Assembly: GCF_964204645.1 (NCBI RefSeq)
Contig: NC_134027.1
Coordinates: 20,608,560-20,672,559 of the forward strand
Direction of reading: 5' to 3'
Length of the DNA: 64,000 bases
Source of the DNA: Tubulanus polymorphus
Lineage: Eukaryota; Animalia; Nemertea
Positions 48,801 to 61,119 of this stretch are shown in pieces. The stretch's first letter is position 1, and every line of letters starts with the position of its first letter. The translations under genes were made by a program, and so were the position numbers. A model generated the notes under the pieces. It worked only from the letters and a program-made list of their open reading frames with translations, made no database searches and had not been told where the DNA came from.

Positions 48801-50362
48801 TTTCTTTTTCCCAATGGGGGAGAGACCAGAGAAGAACCTTCGACCAACGAAACTCTGTTGCCATCAGGGTTTGAACCCATAAACCCTGGATTGACGAGAC
48901 CAGTGATCGGCGGCTTTACCCACTCGACCACTGCGCCTCTTCAATGTTGGTGCCAGTATCTCATAGATAATTTTGACGATTTTTTAGGGACCGAATATTA
49001 CGATTGTCTCACCAAAAACTAAACAAATGACAGGATAAAATCTGATTCAATTACCTTAGCATCCTGAAACTTGCTTAGGTTTTATGCAACGTTGTCATTT
49101 GTTTGTGGTTTGTTGGGCATTGAATTACAGAATTCGAAAATCTTTCGCTTTTTGCAAGTTTTGTTGCGAGATTGAGGCAGGGATATAGATTGAAAAATTA
49201 TTTTGGATTCACTCTTATTCAAATAATATAAGTGAATAAAATCCAGTGCCGCCATTCATCAGTATTATCTAGTCTTAAATTAGAGAGTGGTTTTGTAATG
49301 ACACGCTACTTACTCATCAAGCAATAATGTGAGGATGGCATCCGATATGAGTCAATGCTTTCATGCGTGCGAGTGATGATTCGATTCGATTTTCTTTTTG
49401 TAGCAAAAACGTGACCAGGAGCTGGCGTCTCCAGTAAAATCAGTGCCTTCAACAACACCGACGAAACCGAAACGACCAATGAATGCATTTATGATCTTTG
49501 CGCGGAAATCTCGAATGGCCTACACCCATCAACATCCCGGAAAAGACAACAGGTACGCGTGCGTGCGAATTGCTCGATATATAAATTATCGTGTTTCTTA
49601 CAATCCAAAGATATTGGTATATATAAGGCTGTTATTTTGAAAATTTGTTATCATATTTTCTAGAACTATTTCCGTGTTATTGGGCGAGGCTTGGAAAAAA
49701 ATGAGTGCCAGCGATCGGGAGTTCTATAATATGGAAGCGGCAGCGTTGGCCGAACAGAAAAAACATGACAATTTGATAGCTGCTCATGTAAGTAGATTTT
49801 CATGAATACACGGGTTGAAACTAAAAAAACTATCTCTGTTGTGATAACGGAAAGTCGGGAAGAATTCTGCCGTGTCCAGAGTTATGTAGTAGTTCAGATA
49901 TCCAGTATTCTCCCATACAGAAATTTGAACCCGATGGTATCTGCCACATTACTCCCTTGAATGGATTTGAATCTTTTTGCCACATTCCTCCCTTGCATGG
50001 ATTCCAAACTGACAACAACATGAGACTCGGCCACATTCCTCCGAAAGGATATGAGCCTCATGGCATTATGAGACTGCCAAATTCATTCTTCCCTCAGAGG
50101 GATTGCAACCTGATGACATCACAAGACTATCACATTCACCCTAGGGCTTTGAACCTGATGGCATCATGAGCCTCATTCCTCCATCAAAAAGAATTGATCA
50201 TGATGACATCGTGATAGTGCCACATTCGTCCCTCATAGATATTTGAACATGATAGCATACTTCCTCCCGGGATTTGAACCCAATAACATCATGAGACTGC
50301 TACCCCCACTTATTTACACAATTCTATCGAAATGAAATTTTATTTCTTTACAGAACCAGTGA
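39873..50362 (+). CDS. HBP1: HMG-box transcription factor HBP1-like (AXH + HMG) with two N-terminal zinc fingers, 11 exons, ~541 aa
   Basis: Exons 39873-39890, 41412-41626, 42528-42730, 44475-44817, 45449-45673, 46744-46886, 47593-47731, 48261-48318, 49404-49552, 49664-49787, 50354-50362; all GT-AG and phase-consistent. AXH: WPTAVWQCFMKG..WQLAED..DHPFFIKDKGWASFQP..YGIPC..ICLPPSHP. HBP1 linker YDLSPQDSSAVLTLSCMAK. HMG: KRPMNAFMIFA..PGKDNRTISVLLGEAWK. Confidence 0.88.
41989..42027. repeat. 39-bp perfect hairpin, possible micro-element
   Basis: CTACGAGCAATTATCTCAA-C-TTGAGATAATTGCTCGTAG flanked by GTCTATA / GTCTAAA. Confidence 0.7.
42983..43948 (+). mobile_element. HINE family D with tandem ~132-148-bp units
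   Basis: 5' TTTTTAGCTCCGCTG hairpin, CGTC microsatellite, ~6 units, inverted subTIR CAGCAGAGCT, 3' hairpin AGCCGATAGGCT and CTTGT end. Confidence 0.8.
46975..47320. repeat. ~40-bp degenerate minisatellite
   Basis: Repeated GGATCCA(G/T)TTCCACAGTTG..GGTTTAATTTGAC; more units at ~47880-48030. Confidence 0.75.
48740..48940 (-). mobile_element. Complete tRNA-derived SINE
   Basis: Minus-strand A-box-like TGGTCGAGTGG, B-box GGTTCAAACC, poly(A) tail; 11-bp TSD TCAATGTTGGT at 48729-48739 and 48941-48951. Confidence 0.85.
49910..50300. repeat. ~41-bp degenerate minisatellite
   Basis: Unit ~ATTTGAACCTGATGGCATCATGAGACTGCCACATTCCTCCC; reverse-oriented relatives at ~16855-17000 and ~40820-40945. Confidence 0.75.
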
Positions 50363-53300
50363 AACCAACTTTGCATATTGTGACACCTATAGGTTGTATG
50401 TATAAATTACGTACTGTGTTTTGTGTTTAAAAAGAGTCGAAGATTGTTGTTTTTCTGCTCGGATTAGAAATTTTATCATATTTTGAAGTGTTCCATGTGT
50501 TAAAGTGTGTGAGAAGTGTTAAACGTGTAGCTATAGAATAGAATATGAAATTGGTAGATCCAGTTTTATAGATAGGTATTTATTGAACAGGGTTGATAGT
50601 GGTCAGTGGAATTCTTCAGACAATTGATCGGGGTCAGTGAAAGTGCATTAGAATTGAACTGCCGCATTCTTTTATGCACAATTTTTTTCAAATATACTTT
50701 GACAAATTATTTTACAAACTTGGAAAAAATATCTTCGAATTAGTATATTGAAGAGGCTTTGAACCTCAAAATGTTATTCACGTTTGATAATTCGAGTAAC
50801 GGTGGAAATGTTGACCAGTTTTGAGAGTGTAAATTTACTGTACAAAAGTAAAAGAGATGGATGTATTGTATTGTTCGAATATATTGCGAAATGCCAGCTT
50901 ATCACCACTGCCAATCCAGAAAATTAATAATAGAAGTGTTCGTTAATGATCTAATGATTCATATGTTTTGTAATGATGAATTAATCAATGTAGAAACGAA
51001 GGCAGCTATGAACTTGCTTTTATAAATGTTGTATCAAATGCACAGGCACTCTTGATGATCGGATTTTGACCCTGAAGTGTTAATTGTACGTATGCAAATT
51101 ATTGACCATGGACCTTTCCCCTTGTCACTTGTCGTCTTGACATCAATGAATCCACAGTCTGAAACCATCTTTCGCCTACATCCATTACTTGTTTGTGAAG
51201 TGATAACTTTTATAGAAAGTTGATAAAATGCCTATTGTCTAATGGCGTTTGTAGTGCATTTCGTTGTGTTAATTTCAATTAGATATACAAATTAGATATG
51301 CCTTGGGGTCGTTGTCCTAAACATTCATTGACTTTCAATTGAAATCCCGAACATGTGTGAAATTTGAATGATCAAAATTGGTAGAAAGACAATGAAAGGA
51401 AATGTGGTGGTCGTGGATTTTATCTTAAGAACCTTTTGAATGCTGCTGTACTGTCAAAGCTTACTAACATTTGCCAGACTGAAAGATGGCGACATAGTAG
51501 ATACCAATGTTCGTTCCGACCCCTAAAGATCCAAAAAGGCTCCCATCATACGGCCAGATTTCAATGGACGAATATTATTATCAACAATTTTCACGCATAG
51601 GGTCAACTAACGATATTCAAGTGTCCGTGCTAAGAGATGTGCTCTTATAGATTTAATGACTTCACTAAGTCTGATTAAGTCAACACTTTTTTATTAAATT
51701 TGTAAATATATTATTATTATGATTATTATTATTATTAACAATATAATTATATAACTTTATTCTACAATTGTATACGTCATGTATTGCTTCTTGATTTCTA
51801 AGAAAAAATCCAACCAAAACGAAAATATAAACCATCGTCAGCGAGTGCCTTAATTTTACTTGTTTTCTAAAAACATGTTTATTCATGAAATACGTAGCCA
51901 CTGGAGGATGCTCATAGAATATGTACGCAACTAATGGGTTAGAACCATCTTTTTTAGTCTAATTGTATAATGTTTATGTATTAATCGTGGATTTTTGGGT
52001 ACATATTTTATCGACACCTCGAAAATGAAGCCATTTTCTTTTTATGTATATCGGCATTCCAACATTAATGTCTCAAATCTCTACCAGGGGGCAGTTCTAA
52101 AAGAATTGCTGCTGTTGTACCAGTATATGATCTGTTTTGATAGATTTATTTTTGAAACTATATACCAGTATATAGATTATGACATTGTACTTTTTGGGGG
52201 CACTTATACGATCTGGGGTCGTCGTGCAGGGATTCAGACTTGTTGAACCCTACCCTAGGCAACCGGGTGCTCAGCTATTCATATCAGCATAAGATATCGT
52301 TATTAGCCTATCAGATATTGTGTTTCATTTCAACATTGATTTTTACAATAGTGCAATGATATGATATCGACCCAGCCAAATTGGCTCGGATCTGACCCGA
52401 ATTGAATTTAGCCTGTGCCTAATGAGAGATCGTGTTCACACACAAACCACTCACTCGATACTAAAAGAATGCTTTAACAAAGTGAAGTGAGTCACTTACA
52501 AAACCAATTGCAATTCATATGCTATACATTGACCCGCGCTAGAACGTGGCTTGAGCCTGGTCTGGCCAAATTTAGACTGGGCCAAACACTGAGCCCATTT
52601 TTGATTTGGCATGCCTGTGTTATCGCTTCTTATAATTATTGAATTTAATCTGCTCATACAGTGCAAAAAGCCACTGACCAGGACCCAGTTCCGCAATTGT
52701 AGGTTTCTATTTGACTCTTTAGAGTTAAAGTTTGGTCATCTTCGATGTTTTAGCTCTACGGACAAATTTTAACTAAGAACTATGAAATCGGGTCCAGGTC
52801 TTTTCGGGCAGAGGTTTATACCAGGGCGATGCTATTAGGTTTGAATCCCTGTTGCAGGACGATCAGTCTGATCAGTCGCTTATCATGTACTTGGCTAAAT
52901 AGATTCAGCCTGTAAAAGAGGTGTACAGCATAAAAAGAGGAAGCTCTGTATTATCTACATCAGACATTCTGTATCGAAATGGCAGCAATAACATTTATAA
53001 TCATAGCTTTCAATTAAATGCATTTGATTTATTCATTGAATTTACTTGGATCAATTGAGAATTGATGAATTGATTGCTCATATTTTAACATGAGTATGGA
53101 TTATTGAAAATTGCGTTTACAAATGATATATTTTATAACTATTTTACAACATTTATTGTCTGTATATTTTGAAGAGCGGTAATATAAACCGTAATGCATG
53201 TCTTATTGCCTAGGTCGTAATCATGTATAGACTAAGACCACACCTTTCCTCTTGCTAAAGCGGTCGCAATATTAGACACCTATCTACCCCTGACCACAAT

Positions 53301-54779
53301 ACTGGTCACTACCTAATGTATCTATTATATGTGTGTAATATATTTTCATGGTTTGAGTTACTTTTGTGGCACAAATGGATTGTCTACCACCCACTGGATT
53401 GGATTCTATGAAATAGATGGCGACACTGTCGTGATCATTGGGTAGCAGAACAAGATGAATCGCTGACTACCAGCTAGATTGAACTTTACCATATAGATGG
53501 CTGCACTGTCTATCATTGCATAGCTACAGTATGGACGTTTTTCAGTGAAAGATTTTCAGTGATCCAGCATGAAATCCCTTCTGGTCTAACCAACCAAATG
53601 GCCCCGCGTTCAAACAAAAGCTCATTGATCTTCGATTGAAAATGTGATGTAGTAATTTTGTGAATTACTAGATATTTTTTCAAGAAGCAGGCCTTGCACC
53701 AACTTCATTGTTTGTATAAGAATATTGCATAGTCACCCTTGAAATAAATCGGGGGCCAGCTGCTCATAAGTTGGTTATGTTATTTTTAACTGACAGTTAA
53801 ATTGCGTTGTTAACACGTTATTTACCGGCGCTCTGATGGTTTATATGTGACCACCGTTTGACCAACTGACCCCCTGATTACATAGGCGTATAATGTTGAA
53901 TTCTACTGATAGGTTTATCTGTTGCTTATCTTTTGATAAGTTTATAACTGTTGATTGATAAGTTATCGATAAGACGGGTAAAATCGTTGTTGATTTAATA
54001 TTAGTTGAGAGATTTTTCACTATTTTTTTCGTTTCACTACCGAAAGATAATTTCGTCAATTTCTATGCAGTTATTTTGATTTAAGAATTCAGGATCCAGT
54101 TGCCTATTTGACAGTTGAATAAGACTCTAAAAAGAGTAAGATTGAGTTCATTGGCAATGTTTTCACTCAAAGAATTGATGGGCCGCCTCTGCAGTTGTTT
54201 GGTCTAGCAGGTCGATCTAGGGTTGAAAAGAAAAAGTGTTTGTTCTGCATCTTCTCACTTGTGGAGGGTCAAATTACTTTTTGTGTTTAAACTGACAGTT
54301 AATATCGTCGGTTCTCAACGATCTGCAGTTGTGAATTTCATTCTAATGTTGAATAATTGGTTTTAAGTCACAATAAACTCTTATGTTACTAACTCGCAAT
54401 TGTCGAACTGGGTCCTGAAATTATATTTGGAATATATATGTTATGTACCAATCAATGTTTTGCTGGTTATTTTGTAGTGCGGGATGTGAATGAAATGAAT
54501 TGTTAATGCTTACAGAAAAATGTTAAACATAATTATAAACGATGTATATGTATGTTTTATGTATGAGTGCTGCATAAGTCCGATGTATTGGGACCAATGA
54601 ACTTAATCCTAACCTAAGATAACAAGGAATGTGGTGTGATGTCGATATAGGCACATACCGATCCATATTATTGGTTTTGGCTCTAAGACCAGTAGATAAG
54701 TCTTATTCTTTCGTGTTAAAACCACAACTGGACTAAGTCAAGCTGTATAACCACAACTGGACTACGTGTAGTTCTTTTA

Positions 54780-54845
54780 TCGGTCCATTGGTTAGCGCGC
54801 TTGCTTTGTATGTACGAGATCCGGGTTTGATCCCCTGTGAGTGCT
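54780..54845 (+). mobile_element. tRNA-derived SINE head (degenerate)
   Basis: GTCCATTGGTTAGCGCG...CCGGGTTTGATCCC A/B-box-like pair; no intact acceptor stem. Confidence 0.5.
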
Positions 54846-55864
54846 TGTAGTTTCCCTGTCACTTCTTAATCATTACGTTATGTCCTTTTCACAGTAAGGG
54901 ACTTTTTGCAAGCCAATTTTTATGCCCATGGCAGGCCCATTAGTTCTTGTCATTTTCAATATAAATGGAAATATTAAGCAGAATGTTATGCTTACAACTA
55001 CTACTTCATACTACATGTATAAATAGAATAGCCACACTCAAACGTGGTGATCAGATAAGTTTTGGTTTTTATCTTGTAATACATGTATACTGAATTTGTT
55101 CATTTATTAGAACTTTGTTATATCAATGGAAATTTCTCAGAGGTGGCATATCTGATCTGAGGATCAAATTTACAAAGTTTTCTTAGAGGGAGGGCCCCAG
55201 ACCCCCTTTCAGTTCGAGCAAAATTAAACGAACCCAATTGCATATCTCTCACGCAACGGGTTTGCCTGGTTGAAAGTTAAAGCATTTTTGGTCTCTCAAT
55301 ATAGAATATGTTCTCGATGTTAATAATTACATTATTTCTGTCCTCAGTCCACTTCATCCATCAGATTCACCTGGAACCCATCCGTCACAATCATGGTTTT
55401 TGAACCATGGCAGATAATAGTTCATCTTCACTTGCCAGGAGTTGATTACCTTCCACTGAAGCTCAAGCCAACACAAACTTTGGCCGTAGACTCTTCATTG
55501 GTCTATTACACCGCTCAAGATTTCTTGGGTGCTCAGCGGCCACCAGTCCATATATCTACTTATATATCAACCAATCAAACCATGGTGGAGATGATAATAG
55601 TTCATAATGAATAATAAACTGAAAGTTAAAACTTGAATTTGTACAAACGATTAGAAGAGCCAGCAGTTGAGTAGCTCATTAATCAGTGTGAAAAATCATC
55701 TAGTCTGTCAATGAATAAGTCAAATAGTTGAGTATTGTCTGAATGTTCGTTCATTTTTCGATCCTTGAATTATTATTTGAGAATGCATGTACTCGCTTCA
55801 GATTCAACACCTGACAATATCAACAATAATTTTGAGAAAATTTGTTATTGCCATTATTTGTATA

Positions 55865-55900
<36 letters not shown>

Positions 55901-56242
55901 CATTATGAAAATTACGTTGTTTATTTTATGAGAAATAGATCCTATATGAGAACTTAGTGATACGCAAAGTAAGGATGACCCAGTACCACAGTCTGCAGAA
56001 TCAAGGATTCATATACATGTATTAGATAGAATTAATTTATTATGAAAATTTTATTATTTATTGTGCGCAAAATAGAGAAAGTAAGTAATGTTTAAAGTAA
56101 GAAAGAAAGTAAGTTTTAACTCTTGAGTGAATTCTTATCTCAGAACTGTGGAACCTGGTCCAGATAAACTGAAATTTGATTACGTATTGAATAAAATGAT
56201 GCAATATCATGTAACGCAGTTGCTTAAGACAAGATCTTGTCA

Positions 56243-57514
56243 TTTTTAGCCCACTTGGGACTTTAGACCCAGCGGGCTATTGCGTTCACTTTTCGTCCGT
56301 CCGTTCGTCCGTCCGTAGACGGAATCCAGTTATTTTGGGAAGTTTTGAAGACGCTTCAAGGTAATGTCTTGATATTTGGTTTTTACATGTATCTACCCTA
56401 GACACATCTTCAGCCCAAAAAGATTCCTGAGCCCTGTCAGATTCAAGATGGCCGGCTGGCAGCCATTGTTGTTCGCCAAAATCAGCACTTTTTACACATT
56501 TTTGAAGTTTTTGAGGGAAATTTTGAAGACGCTTTGATCAATTACCTTGGTCTTTCGGATATATGTGAATCCCCCCAGGGCCCATCAACATAACAAAAAT
56601 TGGGTCGGTCGGACTCAAGATGGCCGTCCTATGACCTTTTTAGTGCCCAAAAATGTTAATTTTGGCCCGAATTCTGAGTCCTGTAGCTTCCTACTGGTTT
56701 GCCATTTCTCATTGCAATTTGTGATGGGTATTCTATGGAAAGGGATGTTTTATACCTGAGACAGGTATTTTTCATCAGCCAATTATGACGCAATTGGCGG
56801 CCATCTTTGTGTCACCAGTACTCATTCGTAAGTGGGAAAAAGTTTTTCCACATTATATTGATGAGAAAGCGTATTTTGCTACCACAATCAATAAGAAAGT
56901 TGTAGCTAATAACGTGTTCTATGATTGTGGTGAGTTTCAAGGTAATTGGAATTCGTATATGGCCACCAGGGGGCGTTGAATAATACAATATCTTAGCATT
57001 TCTTTATTATATTCGTACCTATGCATATTTTGTAACCACAATCAATTGGAAAGTTGTAGCTCATGACATCACCTATGATTTATGCGAGTTTTAAGGACAT
57101 TAGTTTTTCTATATGGTCACCAGGGGCGTTGAATAGTAGAATAACTTAGTATTTCCTTATTATATTGGTACCTAGGCATATTTTGTTACCATGATCAATT
57201 GCAAAGTTGTAGTTCATGACATGTTCTATGATTGTGGTGAGTTTCGAGGTCATTGGGTTTTGAATATGGTCACCAGGGGGCGTTGAATAGTAGAATGACT
57301 TAGTATTTCCATATTAAATTGGTAACAAGGCATATTTTGTTATCACAATCAATTACAAAATCGTAGCTGCTGACATGTTCTATGATTGTGGTGAGTTTCA
57401 AGGTCGTTGGCTTTTGTAAATGGTCACCAGGGGGCGTTGAATATTGAAATTGTTAGATTGTTGAGCATTTGAAACCACTTCCCAAGTGGGCATGGTGTCC
57501 CTGGACCCCTAGTT
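56243..57514 (+). mobile_element. HINE family A
   Basis: Full-length and near-identical to 14957-16240. Confidence 0.87.
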
Positions 57515-57975
57515 AAATATTTTAATTCTTGAAATTTGTTTGTTTTTTGGTTTTTAATTGTAGTTTAAGTATTTGAATGTATCGATTGTGAACATTTTCT
57601 TCATCCTGCGTGGTTCATGTTTGAGAACATTATTTAGATTAAATCATGTGTTAGCTCTTTATGGAACTTTATGGATATTTATAACTATTATTATTATTAA
57701 TATTATTATCAATGAATTAATATATAATTACCTATTTATTAGATGTAAATTGATCGATCATTGTTTTAACTGATGATCTGGGAATCCCTGTTTACAGTTT
57801 TCGGATATCTAAAATATCGATCACATTCATCATAGTGAATATCTATCATTACGATTGTTTGATTTAATCAACCAATCAAACTGATTGATTTATTTAATTC
57901 ATCTATGATATTTGACCACCATTGATCTAATTGATTGATTGATATGATTAACCAATCAAACTCATTGATCTAATT

Positions 57976-58260
57976 GGGTACCGGCACTCACTAGATGGCG
58001 CAACAAAACACTAGATTATTCATAGAGCAAATCAGTAAATTTTCAAAGATATTTGAACACGATTTTCAAGCCTCCAAGTCCTAAAGTCCGAATAGGTTTA
58101 GGATTCGCTTTCTCATTTGGTCAAATAGGTTGAAGTGAAAATTTATTTACTATTCAGATAACTAATCAGATTCGAATTTGATTGAAATGTAGAAGAAATT
58201 TGAGCGTAATAACCAAGTAACCACTAGCGAATCCGGTGGAATCCTTGCTTGCCGGCACCC
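57976..58260. mobile_element. MITE with GGGTRCCGGCA termini inserted into a minisatellite
   Basis: GGGTACCGGCA...TGCCGGCACCC; the flanks on both sides resemble the adjacent minisatellite. Confidence 0.6.
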
Positions 58261-58630
58261 CATTGATCAATCGATTAACTCATTGCTCCTATTGTTTCAT
58301 TTCATTGATTTGATAGATAAATCAAACTCATTAAACCCATTGATGTATTCCATTGATTTATCAAAATCAATCAAACTCATTGATTCCATTGATGTATTTC
58401 ATTGATTTGATAAATCAATTAAACTCATCGATTCCATTGATATATTTCATTGATTTGTTAAATCAATCAAACTCATCGATTCCATTGATGTATTTCATTG
58501 ATTTGATAAATCAATCAAACTCATCGATTCCATTGATGTATTTCATTGATTTATTAAATCAATCAAACTCATCGATTCCATTGATGCATTTCATTGATTT
58601 GATAGATCAATCAAATTCATTGATCGATGT
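58261..58630. repeat. 48-bp minisatellite (~7 units)
   Basis: Unit ATTGATTTGATAAATCAATCAAACTCATCGATTCCATTGATGTATTTC. Confidence 0.92.
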
Positions 58631-59351
58631 GATTAAAACTGACCAATTTGATTGGTAATTTGCTCTATTTCGATTGAATAAACCTGATTGATCCGCAAAG
58701 GATTCAGGATTCACTGGAGTAATCGAATATTCTTTTTGGAAAAATGTAATCAACAAAATGTGTATGTATTAGCTAGACCAATGATACGTTAACGTTTGTT
58801 GTGGGGTTTTATGAATGAAAACTAAAAGTAAAACATCAGGTTTGCATTTTTTACCATCAGATATTAAAGGTGATCTGAAACTGTATCGACTGATTTCGTA
58901 AGATTTTTCAATAAAGGTACAAACATTCATTAGTGCGTTTTTAGTTTATTTGTTTGTCGACGTGCGGGCATCGGCGCTGATCGTGGGTTTGTTAATCTAT
59001 CGATAAATCGTGTTTGAACAGTAAATTATAAACGTAGTTAAAGTTCAAATCTATTTCACGGAAAGCATATGACAAGTTAAAGGAGAGAAAACATACACAG
59101 AGATTAAAGCAGAGAGAAGAGAATGAAATTTTCACAATTTTCAACAAGCAAAATTATAGAATAAAAGTAACTTTCTGTGTGAGCAAAGTCACAAGGCCGC
59201 TGTCGCAAGCACCCCGAAATTGAAATGAAGGAACAAGGCGAACGGAAATGAGAATTGATAAATTTCGTTAATCCAAGGAGTGAGGAGCGAAATATCTAAG
59301 GAGTGAGGAGCGAAATGCAAGGTATCAGTTGACCTGTTATATCTATCCTAA

Positions 59352-59807
59352 AGGCCCAACGCACACGACGCACGGAATTATACATGTTTCATATCGGAAA
59401 CTGTTTCGCTATTCCGACATGGTTCACAGGTTTTCGCGCCTTCTTCGGTGGGCGTTGTGAGTTGTTAGTTGAGTCTACGAGCAATCATCTCTTGCTCGTA
59501 GGCTGCACGCGTGTGTGTGTACTTACAGTGTACAGATTTTTCCTCGTGAAAAAACGTTTTTTTCGGTGCCGTGTGCGTTGGAGGCAAAACACAACACCGA
59601 ACTGAAAAACGTTTTTCGCGAGCAAAAAACGTTTTTCACGAGCAAAATTATTGTTGTCTCCTTGGATTCCATGGTGCAAGAAATGTTTTCTGCACGTTTT
59701 CGTTATGCCGTGTGCGTTGGACGTTTTATCGTTTGCGGGCAATACATTTTGTGAAAAACGTGTTTTCTGTTTCGGCGAAACAAATTTTTGCCGTGTGCGT
59801 TGGGCTT
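59352..59807. mobile_element. PIF/Harbinger-like MITE
   Basis: TAA|AGGCCCAACGCACACG...CGTGTGCGTTGGGCTT|TAG, internal CCGTGTGCGTTGG repeats; related fragments at ~60000 and 60380-60480. Confidence 0.65.
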
Positions 59808-60613
59808 TAGATTTGATATCAAACACCAGCCTCTGATCATCTTATTATGAGGAAAAAATGTAACGACTTACGACTTACTAAGAAAAACTGTCGTGTTTGA
59901 AGGGAAACAGAGCTTTGAAACAATGTTTTTCGTAAATGCACACGGTGGGAAACGCTCGGAAACATAAGATGTCATCTGTTTTTGTGTTTCCCTGCGTAAT
60001 GTGCGTTGGGCTTAAGGCGTTCGATACTAAAATCAGTAGCATCTCAAATCGATTGATAAATTCTATCAGAAATGTTCAAAAACTGATTGTTATCAGTGAT
60101 TTTCTAGATGCACGGTTATAGCATATCATGAATAAAATCCATCGGACGATGTTGTAAACATATGTCGAGCACATCGTCCATGAACTATGGTAATTCACTA
60201 CTTGGAATTCTCTGCGAGTGTGGCAAAATTGCGCCCATCAACCCTAGAAATTAGAAAAATACACAGCGAATTCCTGCAACGGTTATAGAAGTAAGGCTAC
60301 GCTTTGGACTGACGCCACACGCGTCATATTGGACACGGCAGTGAACGGCGACTTTCCACTTCAGTATTTCAGTAAATGTAAAGCCAAACACACACGACAC
60401 AGGGAGTCAAAAATATTTGATCTTGGAACAATTGTTTTCGGGCCGACACCAGTTTCTCGTAAAGCGCAACGCACGCGACAAACGAAAAAAAAACCATGTT
60501 TGTTCTCGGAAACGTTGTGTCCTAAACCATGTTTCTCATTCCTCGTAAACACACAGATAACCATTTGATCAGCCGGGGCAAACTGATTCTTAACGTTCAT
60601 TAATGCAGGGGTA

Positions 60614-60933
60614 TTTTTCTATACGGTTAGAGCAACGATAAACAAATCTTCACGCTGGCCCGTTTTTTGGTTTTCTTGCACGAGAATTCAAACTTTTTGT
60701 TTTCTCGCGCAAGAAAACAAAACATTTTGGTTTTCTAGCGCGATGATTCAAAAAGTTTGGTTTTCTCGCGCGAGAAAACCAAAAAATGGGCCAATGTAAA
60801 ACTTTTTTATCCAGCCTCTAGCCAGTCAGAAAAGTTTTTCAAACCAAACGTTTTGAATGAGCTCATGCGAGAAAACCAAAACAGCCGGCCAATGTGAATT
60901 TTTTTTATCGTTGCTCTAGCTGTACAGAAAAAT
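60614..60933. repeat. Imperfect inverted repeat with internal ~31-bp tandem units (MITE-like)
   Basis: TAGAGCAACGATAAA / TTTATCGTTGCTCTA arms; internal TTGGTTTTCTCGCGC repeats. Confidence 0.6.
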
Positions 60934-61119
60934 GTTCTAGTATGGCCCGAATCAGTCACTATAGTATCAAGAGATTGTCACTTAATTAAATTTATCAATT
61001 TCTAGCTTCTGATTATTATTTACCATTCTAGAAAACGTTATCTAATCTTTATCGGCATCGTTCGTTATCGTACATGAGCAACCTAGACTTTTGACTAACT
61101 CGGGCAAAAAAGATTATTG

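Noticed and set aside
54780-54850. Possible tRNA gene (also a minus-strand tRNA-like head at ~34950-35030)
   Set aside because: Degenerate B box or arms and no acceptor stem; better explained as SINE heads.
58261-58658. CRISPR-like periodicity and repetitive 101-aa ORF
   Set aside because: Contiguous 48-bp units without unique spacers, eukaryotic context, no cas genes; a minisatellite.
50363-58930. Possible very long HBP1 3' UTR ending near AATAAA at ~58910
   Set aside because: Several earlier AATAAA sites exist; cannot be resolved without transcript data.
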